DNA of 64,000 nucleotides, taken from contig OY970399.1 in NCBI GenBank assembly GCA_963720545.1, positions 3,040,001-3,104,000 on the forward strand. The letters are read 5' to 3'. A model generated the notes under the pieces. The model saw only the letters and a list, made by a program, of their open reading frames with translations. It was not told the DNA's origin and did no database searches. Origin of the DNA: an uncultured Acidobacteriota bacterium (GTDB lineage: Bacteria; Acidobacteriota; Vicinamibacteria; Fen-336). Positions 53,785 through 63,971 of this stretch are shown here, piece after piece. Made by a program: the position numbers and the translations under genes. Position 1 is the stretch's first letter. Each line of letters opens with the position of its first letter.

Positions 53785-55015
53785 AACGTTCATCGAGGCG
53801 CTCTTCCGGCTGCTGTTCACCTACGACGCCGCGGGTGAGGAGAACGTGCCGCTGCGCGGCGGCGCGGTGCTCGCCGCCAACCATCCTTCCTACCTCGACC
53901 CGGTGCTGCTGTCGCTGCAACTCGACCGGCCGATCCGCTTCATGGCCTGGGAGCGCCTCTTCTCGGTGCCGTTCCTCGGCACGGCGCTGCATGCCTTCGG
54001 AGCTTTTCCGGTGGACATCCGCCCCGGGCAGGGCCGGCTCGCTTACGACAAGGCGAAGGAGCTGGTCGCCACGGGCGAGCTCGTCGGGATCTTTCCTGAA
54101 GGCCGCCGCTCGCAGGCCGGGACCATGGAGGAGGGTCTGCGCGAGGGGGCCGCCCGGCTGGCGTGGGAGCTGGGCGTGCCGCTCGTCCCGGCAACCATCA
54201 CCGGCGCCTTTCGGGCGTGGCCGGCTTTCCGCATGCTGCCGCGCGCGGCGCGCATCCGCGTTCGCTTCCACGAACCCATCGAGCCGCGGGCGCTGGTCTT
54301 GTCCGGGGCAGGCGAAGACGCGGCGCTCGCCGCGCTCACCGCCGAGTTTCGCCGCCGGGTCGATCGTTCCCTGGTGCCGGGAGTCAAGGCCGACGAAAAG
54401 ATCGAGAACCTGTACCGGGACTCGGCGCCGCCGCCCAGGCTCATCGAGATCCTGCCGTCCACCGCCGTCACGCTGGTCGCCTTGTGGAGCAAGGCGTTCG
54501 TGACGTTCGCGCCGATCGTCTACTTCGGCTACATCGTCCTCGACTGGCTCGCGATCCCGCAGGTGCGCTTCACCAAGCGGCTGCGCAACATCTCGCCCGT
54601 GCTGTTCGCGCTCGCGGTGGCGCCGGTGATACTCGCGGGCATCGGGCGCAAGCCGCCGGTGGCGCCCGAGGCACTGCTGGCACTGATGGCCGGGGCCACC
54701 TTCGCGTACCTCTACGAACGCGGCGCGCTGGTGCGCGCCTACGTTGCGGGCTTGGTCGGCGCCATCGGCTTCGCCATCGCGGCGCAGCATTTCTTTCCTT
54801 CGGACGTCGGCGCGCACGTGACGCTGCCGGTGTTCGCCGCGGCGTTCGCCTTCGACCGCGGGTCGGTCTTCTGGCGCTGGGCGTCGCCCATCCTCCTCCT
54901 CTATGCGGTGCTCGCCTGGGTGCTGCTCGCGGGCGGGCTGCAGCCGTGGCCGCACGCCGCCGCCGGCCTTGCCGGCTGGCTGCTTTCCAGGCTTCCGTGG
55001 GGGCGAATCAGCTAA
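53759..55015 (+). CDS. PlsC-type lysophospholipid acyltransferase fused to a C-terminal membrane domain
   Basis: NHPSYLD (HX4D), IFPEGRRS, VPLVP; about 6-7 TM helices C-terminally. Confidence 0.82.
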   Translation: MAVRLRLVKTFIEALFRLLFTYDAAGEENVPLRGGAVLAANHPSYLDPVLLSLQLDRPIRFMAWERLFSVPFLGTALHAFGAFPVDIRPGQGRLAYDKAKELVATGELVGIFPEGRRSQAGTMEEGLREGAARLAWELGVPLVPATITGAFRAWPAFRMLPRAARIRVRFHEPIEPRALVLSGAGEDAALAALTAEFRRRVDRSLVPGVKADEKIENLYRDSAPPPRLIEILPSTAVTLVALWSKAFVTFAPIVYFGYIVLDWLAIPQVRFTKRLRNISPVLFALAVAPVILAGIGRKPPVAPEALLALMAGATFAYLYERGALVRAYVAGLVGAIGFAIAAQHFFPSDVGAHVTLPVFAAAFAFDRGSVFWRWASPILLLYAVLAWVLLAGGLQPWPHAAAGLAGWLLSRLPWGRIS

Positions 55016-55101
55016 GTAACACTCACAAAAGACCTTAACAGGCCTGACCGGACCACGGTCGAGCAGGCCTCGGAGCCAGGATGTAGCATTGCGCCCTTCT
55101 A

Positions 55102-57027
55102 ATGAGTGACGCACCCGCACCCTCGCCGGCCGTTCGCCGGCCGTCTTCTTTCGGCAAGTGGCTCACCTCGAGCACGCACACCGGCGGGGTCACGATCCAC
55201 CACCGGGAACCCTGGTGGAAGGTCATGTGCCTGACGGGGGTCGATTACTTCTCGACCCTCGGGTATCAGCCCGGCATCGCGTTCCTCGCCGCCGGCGCGC
55301 TGTCGCCGATCGCCACGTTCGTGCTGATCCTGGTCACGCTGTTCGTCGCGTTGCCGGTCTATGCGCAGGTGGCGGCCCGCAGCCCGCACGGCCAGGGCAG
55401 CATCCTGATGATCGAGGAGCTGCTGCCGCGCTGGCGGGGCAAGGCGTTCGTGCTGGTGCTGCTCGGCTTCGCGTTCACCGACTTCATCATCACCATCACG
55501 CTGTCGGCGGCCGACGCCACGGCGCACATAATCGACAACCCGTTCGTGCCCGACAGCCTCGACCGCCATCCGGTGCTGCTGACGCTGCTGCTCGTCACCT
55601 TGCTGGCGGCGGTCTTCATCAAGGGTTTCCGCGAGGCGATCGGCCTCGCGGTCGGCATCGTCGCGATCTATCTGCTGCTGAACGTCGTGGTGCTCGGCGT
55701 CGGGTTCTATGAAGTCGCGACCCATCCGGAGCTGCTGCCCAACTGGAAGGCGTCGCTCTTCCATGCGCACGGCAGCCCGCTTGCCATGCTGGGCTTGTCG
55801 CTGTTCCTGTTCCCGAAACTGGCGCTCGGCCTGTCGGGGTTCGAGACCGGCGTCGCCGTCATGCCGCTCGTCAAGGGCGACCACAGCGACACGCACGACG
55901 CGCCGCTGGGCCAGATCCGCAACACCACCAAGCTGCTGGTGACCGCCGCGCTCATCATGAGCGTCGGCCTGATGGGCAGCAGCATCGTGACGACACTGCT
56001 GATTCCGCCCGAGGCGTTCGCCGCCGGTGGCGCCGCCAACGGCCGCGCGCTTGCCTGGGTCGCGCACAAATACCTGGGCGAGGTGTTCGGCAGCGTCTAC
56101 GACGTCTCCACCATCGCGATCCTGTGGTTCGCCGGCGCTTCCGCCATGGCGGGGCTGCTCAACCTGGTGCCGCGCTACCTGCCGCCTTACGGCATGGCAC
56201 CCGACTGGGCGCGCGCCACCCGGCCGCTGGTGCTGGTGTTCACCGCGATCGCGTTCTTCGTCACCTGGTACTTCGACGCCAATGTGGACGCGCAGGGCGG
56301 CGCCTACGCCACCGGCGTCTTGTTCCTCATGACCACGGCCGCCGTGGCGGTGACGATCGCCAGCTGGGAGTCGCCGCGGCGCTGGATGTATGGGGTGATG
56401 AGCGCGATCTTCCTGTACACCACCGTCACCAACATCTACGAGCGGCCGGAAGGCATCAAGATCGCGTCCTTCTTCATCGCCACGATCGTGATCGTGTCGC
56501 TGTCGTCGCGCGCAGTCCGCTCGACCGAGCTGGCGCGCATTCGCAACGTGGCGCTGAGCGAAAAGGCTCGCGACTTCCTCGCGAGCATCGCGCCGCGCGG
56601 CGTGCGCATCATCGCGCACCGCCCCGACAAGCGCACGGTGGCGGAGTACGACCGCAAGGAAAACCAGGCGCGCGAGGACCACAGCCTCGACGACGGCGAG
56701 CCGCTGGTGTTCCTCGAGGTGGTGCAAGGCGACGCTTCGGGCTTCAGCGAGGACCTCAACGTGCGCGGCTTCCAGGTGGGCCGGCACAACATCCTGCGCT
56801 GCGCGAGCCCGGCGGTGCCCAACGCCATCGCGGCGCTGCTGATCCACATCCGCGACCGCTTCAACACCATGCCCGAGGCCTATTTCGGCTGGACCGAAGG
56901 CAATCCGTTCGCGTACATGCTGCGCTACCTGATCCTCGGCGAGGGCGACACCGCGCCGGTGACGCGCGAGATCCTGCGCCGCGCCATCAAGGATCCGCGG
57001 CAGCGGCCGAAGATCCACGTCGGCTAG
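55102..57027 (+). CDS. APC-superfamily transporter with cytoplasmic C-terminal domain
   Basis: [38 protein letters not shown]; about 12 TM plus soluble tail. Confidence 0.8.
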   Translation: MSDAPAPSPAVRRPSSFGKWLTSSTHTGGVTIHHREPWWKVMCLTGVDYFSTLGYQPGIAFLAAGALSPIATFVLILVTLFVALPVYAQVAARSPHGQGSILMIEELLPRWRGKAFVLVLLGFAFTDFIITITLSAADATAHIIDNPFVPDSLDRHPVLLTLLLVTLLAAVFIKGFREAIGLAVGIVAIYLLLNVVVLGVGFYEVATHPELLPNWKASLFHAHGSPLAMLGLSLFLFPKLALGLSGFETGVAVMPLVKGDHSDTHDAPLGQIRNTTKLLVTAALIMSVGLMGSSIVTTLLIPPEAFAAGGAANGRALAWVAHKYLGEVFGSVYDVSTIAILWFAGASAMAGLLNLVPRYLPPYGMAPDWARATRPLVLVFTAIAFFVTWYFDANVDAQGGAYATGVLFLMTTAAVAVTIASWESPRRWMYGVMSAIFLYTTVTNIYERPEGIKIASFFIATIVIVSLSSRAVRSTELARIRNVALSEKARDFLASIAPRGVRIIAHRPDKRTVAEYDRKENQAREDHSLDDGEPLVFLEVVQGDASGFSEDLNVRGFQVGRHNILRCASPAVPNAIAALLIHIRDRFNTMPEAYFGWTEGNPFAYMLRYLILGEGDTAPVTREILRRAIKDPRQRPKIHVG

Positions 57028-57030
57028 CGG

Positions 57031-58320
57031 CTACTTCGCGCGCAGCTTCGGCCGGTACGCCTCGACGATGCCGAACCCGAGCTTGCCGAGTTCCTGTTTG
57101 GCGCGCGGCGACAGCCGGCCGGTGACGCGCACCTCGCGCGAGCGCGCGGCCATCTCCTTGCCGGCACGCGCCGCGATTTCCGGCGCGCTCATCGCGAGCT
57201 GCTCGTTCCAGGTGAGGTAGTCGGCCGGCAGCAGCACCACCGCGCGGCCGTCACGGGCGCGCGCCACCAGCAGGTCGGAATCGTCGAGCAGCCCCGCCAC
57301 CGGGGTTTCGGCCGCGAGCCGCTGCAGCTGCTGCGCGCTCGTCGCATAGAACCACGCGGCGGCCTCGTCCTTCGCGTTGGCGGCCGACTCGACGAAGTCG
57401 GCGCGGCCCGCGACACCGGGGGACGCGTACAGCGCTTCGACGATGATGGTGCAGGTGGTGAGCGTGAGGGCGTCGTTGCGATAGAGGAAGTCCTTGACGC
57501 CTTCGTCGCCGACGCCCAGCTCGCGCAGCCGCGTTTCGTTCTGCTTCAGCAGCTCTTCGGGGTCCTTGCTCCACACCAGGCCGCTGATGGTGGCGGTGGC
57601 GCCGACCGCGACCGGAATGGGGATTGCGATGCGCGCGACGATCGAGCCCGCCGCATCCACCCTGGCGATCTCCTCGAGCGTGCGCTGCATGAGGTCGTTG
57701 GTGGTGTAAGGATCCACGCCCACCTTGGCCGCCCAGCGGCGGCGCGCGGCGTTGACGCCGAGGATGGCCTTGGCGGCGCCGCCCGCGGCACCGCCGACCT
57801 TGGAGCCGGTGGAGCGCTCGTCCTTGTCCTTGGGAGCGTCGGGATCGTCGTCATCATCATGCGTGACCTTGTCGGCGCCGCGCTTCGCCTTGCGGCCGAG
57901 GTTGACGCCGAAACGCTTGATGCCGCCGCCGATGCCCTTCACGGTTTCCACGGGGCTGGTGACGAACCGGACGACGCCGCGGCCGGTGTCTACCACCGAA
58001 CGGCCGAGCGCCTTGGCGAGGACTCCTGTCTTGCTGACCTTTTCGAGCTCGGACAGCGCCACGGCCTCCTGCAGCCGCATGTCGAGGAGCACGTTGCCGT
58101 GCGCTTCGAAGGCGCCAAACGGCGTCTGGATCGTATAGATGTTGAGGAAGCCGTCGTTGCGCACCACGCTGCCGATCGTGTACGCCGGGTTCTTGAGGCG
58201 CGACGCGGCTACCGCCTCTTTCGGCGTGAATTGCCGCGCCGGCTCGTAGTCGCCCGGGCTCGCGGCCGCCAGCAGCAGAGGCGCCATCAGCAGCGCGGCG
58301 CGCGTGGTGCGAGATCTCAA
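57031..58320 (-). CDS. Exported hypothetical protein
   Basis: Long ORF with genome-typical codon usage and signal peptide; TTG overlaps the upstream stop and follows GGAGG. Confidence 0.7.
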   Translation of the reverse strand: MRSRTTRAALLMAPLLLAAASPGDYEPARQFTPKEAVAASRLKNPAYTIGSVVRNDGFLNIYTIQTPFGAFEAHGNVLLDMRLQEAVALSELEKVSKTGVLAKALGRSVVDTGRGVVRFVTSPVETVKGIGGGIKRFGVNLGRKAKRGADKVTHDDDDDPDAPKDKDERSTGSKVGGAAGGAAKAILGVNAARRRWAAKVGVDPYTTNDLMQRTLEEIARVDAAGSIVARIAIPIPVAVGATATISGLVWSKDPEELLKQNETRLRELGVGDEGVKDFLYRNDALTLTTCTIIVEALYASPGVAGRADFVESAANAKDEAAAWFYATSAQQLQRLAAETPVAGLLDDSDLLVARARDGRAVVLLPADYLTWNEQLAMSAPEIAARAGKEMAARSREVRVTGRLSPRAKQELGKLGFGIVEAYRPKLRAK

Positions 58321-58970
58321 TTGCCCTCCCACGGCCGCTGCGCGGCCCAGTCATACACCGCCGATTGCAGCGCGTCGAGCTTGTCGGTGAAGAAGTGATC
58401 GGCGCCGTCGACCACCACCAGCTGCGTCGGCGGGGGAAACGAGGCCACGGCGTGTTCAAGGTCGGCGCGGCCGCCGAAACGGTCGGAGTCGCCCTGGACG
58501 AAGAGACGCGGCACCGCGCGCGCCGCCAACGCGGGTAACCGCGCGGTCATCGAGTCGATGCGCGCCGGGAAGCCGAGCGCGAACAACGCCGCGGCCCGCG
58601 CGTCGCTGGCGCCGACGGCCATCGCCATCACCGAGCCGAACGAAAAGCCGCCGAGCACCTGCTTCCGGCCGGGGAAGCGCCGCCCCATCTCGTCGAGTGC
58701 CGCCTTCACGTCGTCCTGTTCGCCACGGCCCTGGTCATGGGCCCCCTGAGACGAACCCACGCCGCGAAAGTTGAAGCGCAGCACGGCGGCACCCGCGGCC
58801 TGCAGCGCCTTGGCCGCGCGGAACACCACCTTGAAGTGCATCATCCCGCCTTCCTCGGGGTTCGCGTGGCAGACGATTGCCGCGGCCAGCGGCTCGGCGG
58901 CCGGCATCATCAGCAGCGCCTCCAGGCTCCCCGCGGGACCCGGGAACAAGAACGACTCGTTGTGCGCCAT
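58317..58970 (-). CDS. Alpha/beta hydrolase
   Basis: GPAGSLEA, LRFNFRGVG.SQG..DQGRGEQDD, GFSFG nucleophile elbow, GADHFF. Confidence 0.88.
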   Translation of the reverse strand: MAHNESFLFPGPAGSLEALLMMPAAEPLAAAIVCHANPEEGGMMHFKVVFRAAKALQAAGAAVLRFNFRGVGSSQGAHDQGRGEQDDVKAALDEMGRRFPGRKQVLGGFSFGSVMAMAVGASDARAAALFALGFPARIDSMTARLPALAARAVPRLFVQGDSDRFGGRADLEHAVASFPPPTQLVVVDGADHFFTDKLDALQSAVYDWAAQRPWEGN

Positions 58971-59015
58971 CCCCCGAATTATAGGAGTTAGGATGGAAGC
59001 AAGGAGGCGTTGCGC

Positions 59016-59426
59016 GTGAGGCTTGCGAAGACACTGGCGACGATTGCGTTGTGCGCCGCGGCCGTCGCCTGCGGCCGCGACTACGGAACCGGCCCGGGCA
59101 AGGCGCCGCTTGGCCAGTTTGCCGGCGGCAATGCTGCGAACGACATCGACTTCATCATCTTCAGTGTCGAGGCCGATGGCGCAAGCTTCCGCGACAACGC
59201 CGCCTGCATCTTCGGCGAGATCGAGCAACCGCTCACCATCGACGCTGCGGGCAAGTTCAGCGCCAGCGCGGCGCTGCGCCGCATGACCGGCGACGTTGCG
59301 CCCGCGAAAGTCGACGGCACCTTCCGCGGCGATCAGCTCTTGCTACGCCTCGACATCGGCGGCACCGTCCGCCAATTCGACCTCCGCCTCAACGCCCCGA
59401 TCCCCCAGCCCCGCATCCAGTGTTAG
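59016..59426 (+). CDS. Hypothetical lipoprotein
   Basis: AAGGAGG SD 8 nt before GTG; lipobox-like AVAC. Confidence 0.65.
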   Translation: MRLAKTLATIALCAAAVACGRDYGTGPGKAPLGQFAGGNAANDIDFIIFSVEADGASFRDNAACIFGEIEQPLTIDAAGKFSASAALRRMTGDVAPAKVDGTFRGDQLLLRLDIGGTVRQFDLRLNAPIPQPRIQC

Positions 59427-59460
59427 CGAATCTCTCGCGCCGCAGGCGCGAGAGATTCGC
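59426..59460. terminator. 16-bp perfect hairpin between convergent genes
   Basis: GCGAATCTCTCGCGCC-GCA-GGCGCGAGAGATTCGC; no U-tract, so a terminator role is uncertain. Confidence 0.5.
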
Positions 59461-59519
59461 GTGTCCCGAGCGCTACTGATCGTTTCCGGGCGCGAGGGAT
59501 CCCCTCGCCCAAGAGTGAC

Positions 59520-59951
59520 CTACGCCGCCGACACCTGTAACGCCTGCATGGCCCGCAGCTGCGCCGCGCGCGGCGGCGGCGTGCCCTCGTTGACGCGCTG
59601 CACCACGCGGCGCGCGCCGAGCGAACGCGCGCGGCCCACCGTGGCCTGTTTCAGCAGCTTCTCTGCGCGCACGGCGTGCGCTCCGGGAGCGATCGCGAGC
59701 TCGTCGAGGCAGGCGACCAGCCCGCCGATGCCGAGCTGGAAACGCAGCGACAACGACGCCACCCCCACGACCTTGCCGTCGAGCTCGGCAACGCGCACCA
59801 GGAAGTGCGGGTTGCACAGGGTCTGGCGGTAGGTCTTGGCGAAGGACAGCGGCTCGGGGTAGTACCCGACCCGTTCGAGAAGCTCGAGGACCAGCACGCC
59901 GTCCTGGAGCGACGCCGGACGAACTTGAACGCCCATCTTCTTGATCTCCAC
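59520..59951 (-). CDS. GNAT-like protein with degenerate acetyl-CoA motif
   Basis: QVRPASLQD...LL..VGY, VAELDGKVVG, LDELAIAP, ARSLGARRV. Confidence 0.65.
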   Translation of the reverse strand: MEIKKMGVQVRPASLQDGVLVLELLERVGYYPEPLSFAKTYRQTLCNPHFLVRVAELDGKVVGVASLSLRFQLGIGGLVACLDELAIAPGAHAVRAEKLLKQATVGRARSLGARRVVQRVNEGTPPPRAAQLRAMQALQVSAA

Positions 59952-60080
59952 TAGGTGCGTGGCGAGAGCGCCACGCTCCGTGTCGGAATCGCCACGGCCG
60001 CCCGAAGGAGTCCCAGTGTGAGAAACCCTTTGTTGTCAGCGGTTTGCGGGGAAGGCGCCACGGTCATGCCGCCCAGTAGG

Positions 60081-60097
60081 TGCAAGCCGAAGGCCAG
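60081..60097 (-). promoter_or_regulatory. Putative sigma54 -24/-12 promoter
   Basis: Minus strand CTGGCCTTCGGCTTGCA = GG-N10-GC with perfect TTGCA. Confidence 0.6.
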
Positions 60098-60108
60098 CCT
60101 GCGATGTC

Positions 60109-60456
60109 TCAGAAGCGATAGGTGCTGAGCCCCACACGATGGCCGTCGGGATCGTTCACGTAGAGCGTGTAGGAGGTGCGATCGGCGACCTTCACGCCGG
60201 CTTCGTTGAGGCGGCGTTCGGCCTCGGCAAGATCGTCTACGGCGAATGCGAGCAGGTGGCCCGAACCGACGGCGGCACCCGTGCCGCGCACGTCCTTTTC
60301 GAGCATCAGCACAGCGTCGCCTGCGCGCAGCCAGATGGAGCGCAGCACGCCGCCCGGTTCGTCGCGCTTCAGCACCTCGAGGCGGAGGACCCCGGCGTAG
60401 AACGCCGCCGAGCTTTCGACGTCGCGAACGCGCAATGCAATGTGGTGCAGCTGCAT
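60109..60456 (-). CDS. VOC/glyoxalase family protein
   Basis: LHHIALRVRDVE.SAAFY..VL, HLLAFAV, YVNDPDGHRV. Confidence 0.85.
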   Translation of the reverse strand: MQLHHIALRVRDVESSAAFYAGVLRLEVLKRDEPGGVLRSIWLRAGDAVLMLEKDVRGTGAAVGSGHLLAFAVDDLAEAERRLNEAGVKVADRTSYTLYVNDPDGHRVGLSTYRF

Positions 60457-60467
60457 GGCCGCGGCCG

Positions 60468-61022
60468 CTAAGCCTGCAACTCGCCGCGCAGCAGGCCCAT
60501 GACCAGCGTGTCCGAGTGCTTGCCGTCGTGGAACCGGTCCTGCCGCAGCCGGCCCTCGACCACGAAGCCGAGCTTCTCGTACGAGCGGATGGCGCGCGCG
60601 TTGTCGTCGAACACCCGCAGCCAGACGCGGTTCAGGTTCAGTTCGAGGAAGCCCCAGCTGATGAGCGTGCGCGCGGCGTCGGTGCCGAGCCCCTGGTCCC
60701 AGAGCGTGCGCACGCCGATGAGGATGCCGAACTCGGCGCAACGCGTGCGCCAGGACAGCTCGTGAAAGCCGAGGACGCCGATGGGCCGCCACTCCTTCCT
60801 GCCGACCGGCGCTTCGGCCTCGGCCTGCATTTCGATGATGAAGGGCTGGCAGGCGGGATCGCGCCGCAGCTGCGCCTGGAACCATTCGTTCTCGTGCTCG
60901 AGGCTCAGCGGATAGACGATGAGAAGGCCGTCGCGCACTTCGGGATCGTTGGCCCACGCCGCGGCCATCGGCAGGTCGTCGCGCTCCAGCCGCCGCAGCC
61001 GCGTCCTTTTCCCAAACAGCAT
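60468..61022 (-). CDS. RimJ/RimL-type GNAT acetyltransferase
   Basis: AEFGILIG...WDQGLGT, LNLNRVWL.VF..N.RAIRSYEKLGF..EG.LR. Confidence 0.88.
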   Translation of the reverse strand: MLFGKRTRLRRLERDDLPMAAAWANDPEVRDGLLIVYPLSLEHENEWFQAQLRRDPACQPFIIEMQAEAEAPVGRKEWRPIGVLGFHELSWRTRCAEFGILIGVRTLWDQGLGTDAARTLISWGFLELNLNRVWLRVFDDNARAIRSYEKLGFVVEGRLRQDRFHDGKHSDTLVMGLLRGELQA

Positions 61023-61054
61023 GGCGTTCCGGCCAGAGCCTACAATGGTGAACC

Positions 61055-61924
61055 ATGTGGGCGCGACAGCGAACCGGCTCCGTCCTTTGCCCGTCGTGCC
61101 GTCAGCTCGTCGGTGTGAACGACGCCGCCTGCCTCAACTGCGGCCGGCGCAACCCCGGCATGATGGGCCTGACGGCCATGCTGCGCGGCGTTGCGGGCCT
61201 GGAGGACAGCCTCGGCCCGATGGTGATGATCGCCTGCGGCATCCTCTACGTAGCGTCGGCCGCCCTCACCAGCACGATTGCCGGAGAGGGCGGCACGTTC
61301 GCCGGTATCGCCGCTCCCAGCAGCCAGGCGCTTGTGATCCTGGGTGCGAGCGGCGCCATCCCGGTCTTCGGCCTCGATCGCTGGTGGACGGTGTTGTCCG
61401 CCGGCTGGCTGCACGGCAGCCTGATCCACATCCTCTTCAACATGATGTCCGCCCGCGTGCTCGTCCCCCTGACCGCGGAGCTCTACGGAGGCGCTCGCAC
61501 CGTCATCATCTATGTGATTGCCTCGGCCTGTGGCTTTGCGGCGAGTTCCCTGGCCGGCGCATACCTCACGTTCCTGCCGCGCATGCTGAGCGGATCGCAC
61601 CTGACGATCGGCGCCTCGGCGGCGCTCTTTGGCCTGATCGGCGCGGCACTCCACTACGGCCGCCGCGGCGGCAGCTCCATGCTGCTTGCGCAGGCGAAGC
61701 AGTGGGCGGTCGGCGGCCTGTTGTTCGGCTTCCTCATGCCCGGCATCGACAACTGGGCCCACCTGGGCGGCCTGGCTGGCGGCTACCTCATGTCGCGCTG
61801 GCTCGATCCACTGATGCCTGAGCAGGGCAACCATGTGCTCGTCGCTTTGGTGCTGCTGGCAGCGAGCGCCGCCGCGATTGCTGCCTCGTTCGTCACGCCC
61901 CTGCCTCGGGGACTGTTTCGCTAG
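61055..61924 (+). CDS. Rhomboid intramembrane serine protease with N-terminal zinc ribbon
   Basis: CPSC..CLNC; WW...LHGSLIHILFNM, GAS catalytic Ser, DNWAHLGG. Confidence 0.9.
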   Translation: MWARQRTGSVLCPSCRQLVGVNDAACLNCGRRNPGMMGLTAMLRGVAGLEDSLGPMVMIACGILYVASAALTSTIAGEGGTFAGIAAPSSQALVILGASGAIPVFGLDRWWTVLSAGWLHGSLIHILFNMMSARVLVPLTAELYGGARTVIIYVIASACGFAASSLAGAYLTFLPRMLSGSHLTIGASAALFGLIGAALHYGRRGGSSMLLAQAKQWAVGGLLFGFLMPGIDNWAHLGGLAGGYLMSRWLDPLMPEQGNHVLVALVLLAASAAAIAASFVTPLPRGLFR

Positions 61925-61933
61925 GCCTGCGCC

Positions 61934-63120
61934 GTGGACGCCCGATACCAGAGCGACCTCAACCGCGACGTGCCGCCCGCCAGCCCCGGCGAGTTCGCGC
62001 CGCTGCGCATCGGGCCGCTTGCCGTCTCGCCGCCGGTGGTGCTGGCGCCGATGGCCGGCGTCACCAACCCGCCGTTCCGCACGCTGTGCCGGCGCTTCGG
62101 CGCGGGACTCTACGTCAGCGAGATGATCACGGCGCGCGCGCTCGTGGAGGGCAACCGCAAGACCATCCTGCTCGCCAGCTTCGACGCGGCCGAGACCACC
62201 CGCAGCCTGCAGCTCTACGGCGTCGATCCGCACTATGTCGGCGAGGCGGTGCGCATCCTGGTGGGCGAGGGCCGCATCGACCACCTCGACATGAACTTCG
62301 GCTGCCCGGTGCGCAAGGTGACGAGCAAGGGCGGCGGCGCCGCCATCCCGGTGAAGCCGCGGCTGCTGCGCAACATCGTGCGCGCCGCGGTGCGCGAATG
62401 CCGGCGCGCGTGCCGGTGACGATCAAGTTCCGCATCGGCATCGACGACGACATCGAGACGTACCTGGATGCCGGCCGCATCGCCGAGGAGGAGGGCTGCA
62501 CGGCGGTGGCGCTGCACGCGCGCACCGCGGCGCAGCTCTACGACGGGGAGGCGCGCTGGGAAGCCATCGCCTTGCTGAAGCAGGCCGTCACGCTCGATCC
62601 CGGTGCTCGGCAACGGCGACATCTGGGAGGCTCAGGACGCGCTGCGCATGATGCGCATCACCGGCTGCGACGGCGTCGTCGTCGGCCGCGGCTGCCTGGG
62701 CCGGCCGTGGCTCTTTCGCGACCTCGCCGACGTGTTCGCCGGCCGCGAGCCGGAGGATCCGCCTGCACTTCGGTGGCGTCGCCGACGGTGATGCTCGAGC
62801 ACGCGCAGCTGCTTGCCGCCTGGCTCGGTGAGGCGCCCGCCATGCGCTCCTTCCGCAAGCACGCCGCCTGGTACACGAAGGGCTTTGCCGGCGGCGCAGC
62901 ACTGCGCGAGCGCCTGATGCGCGTCACCGGCCTGGCCGAACTGCCGGCAATCCTCGCGAGCGTCGATGCCACGCTGCCGTTCCCGCCCGAGGCCATGCGC
63001 GTGAACCGCGGCAAGCGCGGCGGAACGCAGAAGGTCGCGCTGCCCGAGGGCTACCTCGACGAGCGCGACAGCGACGTCCCGCCCGGCGTCGAAGCCGAGC
63101 TCGCCGAATCGGGCGGCTAG
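61934..63120 (+). pseudogene. dusB: tRNA-dihydrouridine synthase with apparent frameshifts (possibly sequencing indels)
   Basis: LAPMAGVT, SEMI, DMNFGCP, PVTIKFRIG, HART, GNGDI, GRG.LG.PW and RKH..WY are spread across frames, with shifts near 62396-62410, 62593 and 62765-62787. Confidence 0.75.
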
Positions 63121-63125
63121 CTTCG

Positions 63126-63971
63126 TTAGGGTTCCGGCTCGCGGTGCGCCGCGAGCCAGGCGACGCCGACGATCACGAACGTCTCGAAGTAGACGAGCAG
63201 CACGAAGCTCGCCGAGACGTAGAACGGCCCGTGCTCGGCCTGCAGCTGGGCGAACGGCAGCGCACGCTGGTAGCCGGTGCGGACCAGCTCGGCGAGCGGG
63301 CCGGCCATGAGCGCCGCCAGCAAGGCGCGCTTCGTTGGCACTTTGGTGTTGGGCAGGAACTTGTAGAAGAGGAACACGACCACCGCGAGGAAGGCGACAG
63401 CGAGCAGGCGCAACGCGATGGTGTTGCCGCCGCGCAGCAGGAACGACCCCGACATTTGCGGCCCCAGGCGCTGCACTCCGGCAGTCGCCAGCACGAACAG
63501 GATCGCGAGCAACCCGCACACGGCGGTGAGCATGAAGCCGACGGCCTGGTTGCGCCAGTACGGGCGGTGCTCTTTGGCGCCCCAGATTTCGTTGAACGCG
63601 GTCTCGAGCGGGATGAAGACGCCGGCGGCGCCGAGCAGCACCCAGAAGAACGACCAGGGCGGCCACGCCGAACCGTGCGCGTCCACGGTGAGCGACAGGT
63701 TGCGCAGCAGGAAGTCGGGCGCTTCGGGGTAGTAGGTCCAGAGCGTCTGCTCGATGACGCGCTCGACTTCGGAGGAGTGCAGCAAGTAGCGGGCGGTCCA
63801 GAGGAGCAGGGAACAGAAAGGATAGAAGCCGAGCAGCGCGAAGAACGCCAGCGCACCGCAATAGGCGTGGGTTTCGGTGCGGGCGACGAGATACCGCAAG
63901 AGACGCGCAGCGCGCAAAAAGAAGGCGCGCATGCGGCTCACGGGCTTTGGCCGGGTCGCGAGGAGGGTCAT
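63126..63971 (-). CDS. YihY/virulence factor BrkB family membrane protein
   Basis: ALAFFALL.FYP, LETAFNEIW, YKFLPN; about 6 TM helices. Confidence 0.8.
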   Translation of the reverse strand: MTLLATRPKPVSRMRAFFLRAARLLRYLVARTETHAYCGALAFFALLGFYPFCSLLLWTARYLLHSSEVERVIEQTLWTYYPEAPDFLLRNLSLTVDAHGSAWPPWSFFWVLLGAAGVFIPLETAFNEIWGAKEHRPYWRNQAVGFMLTAVCGLLAILFVLATAGVQRLGPQMSGSFLLRGGNTIALRLLAVAFLAVVVFLFYKFLPNTKVPTKRALLAALMAGPLAELVRTGYQRALPFAQLQAEHGPFYVSASFVLLVYFETFVIVGVAWLAAHREPEP

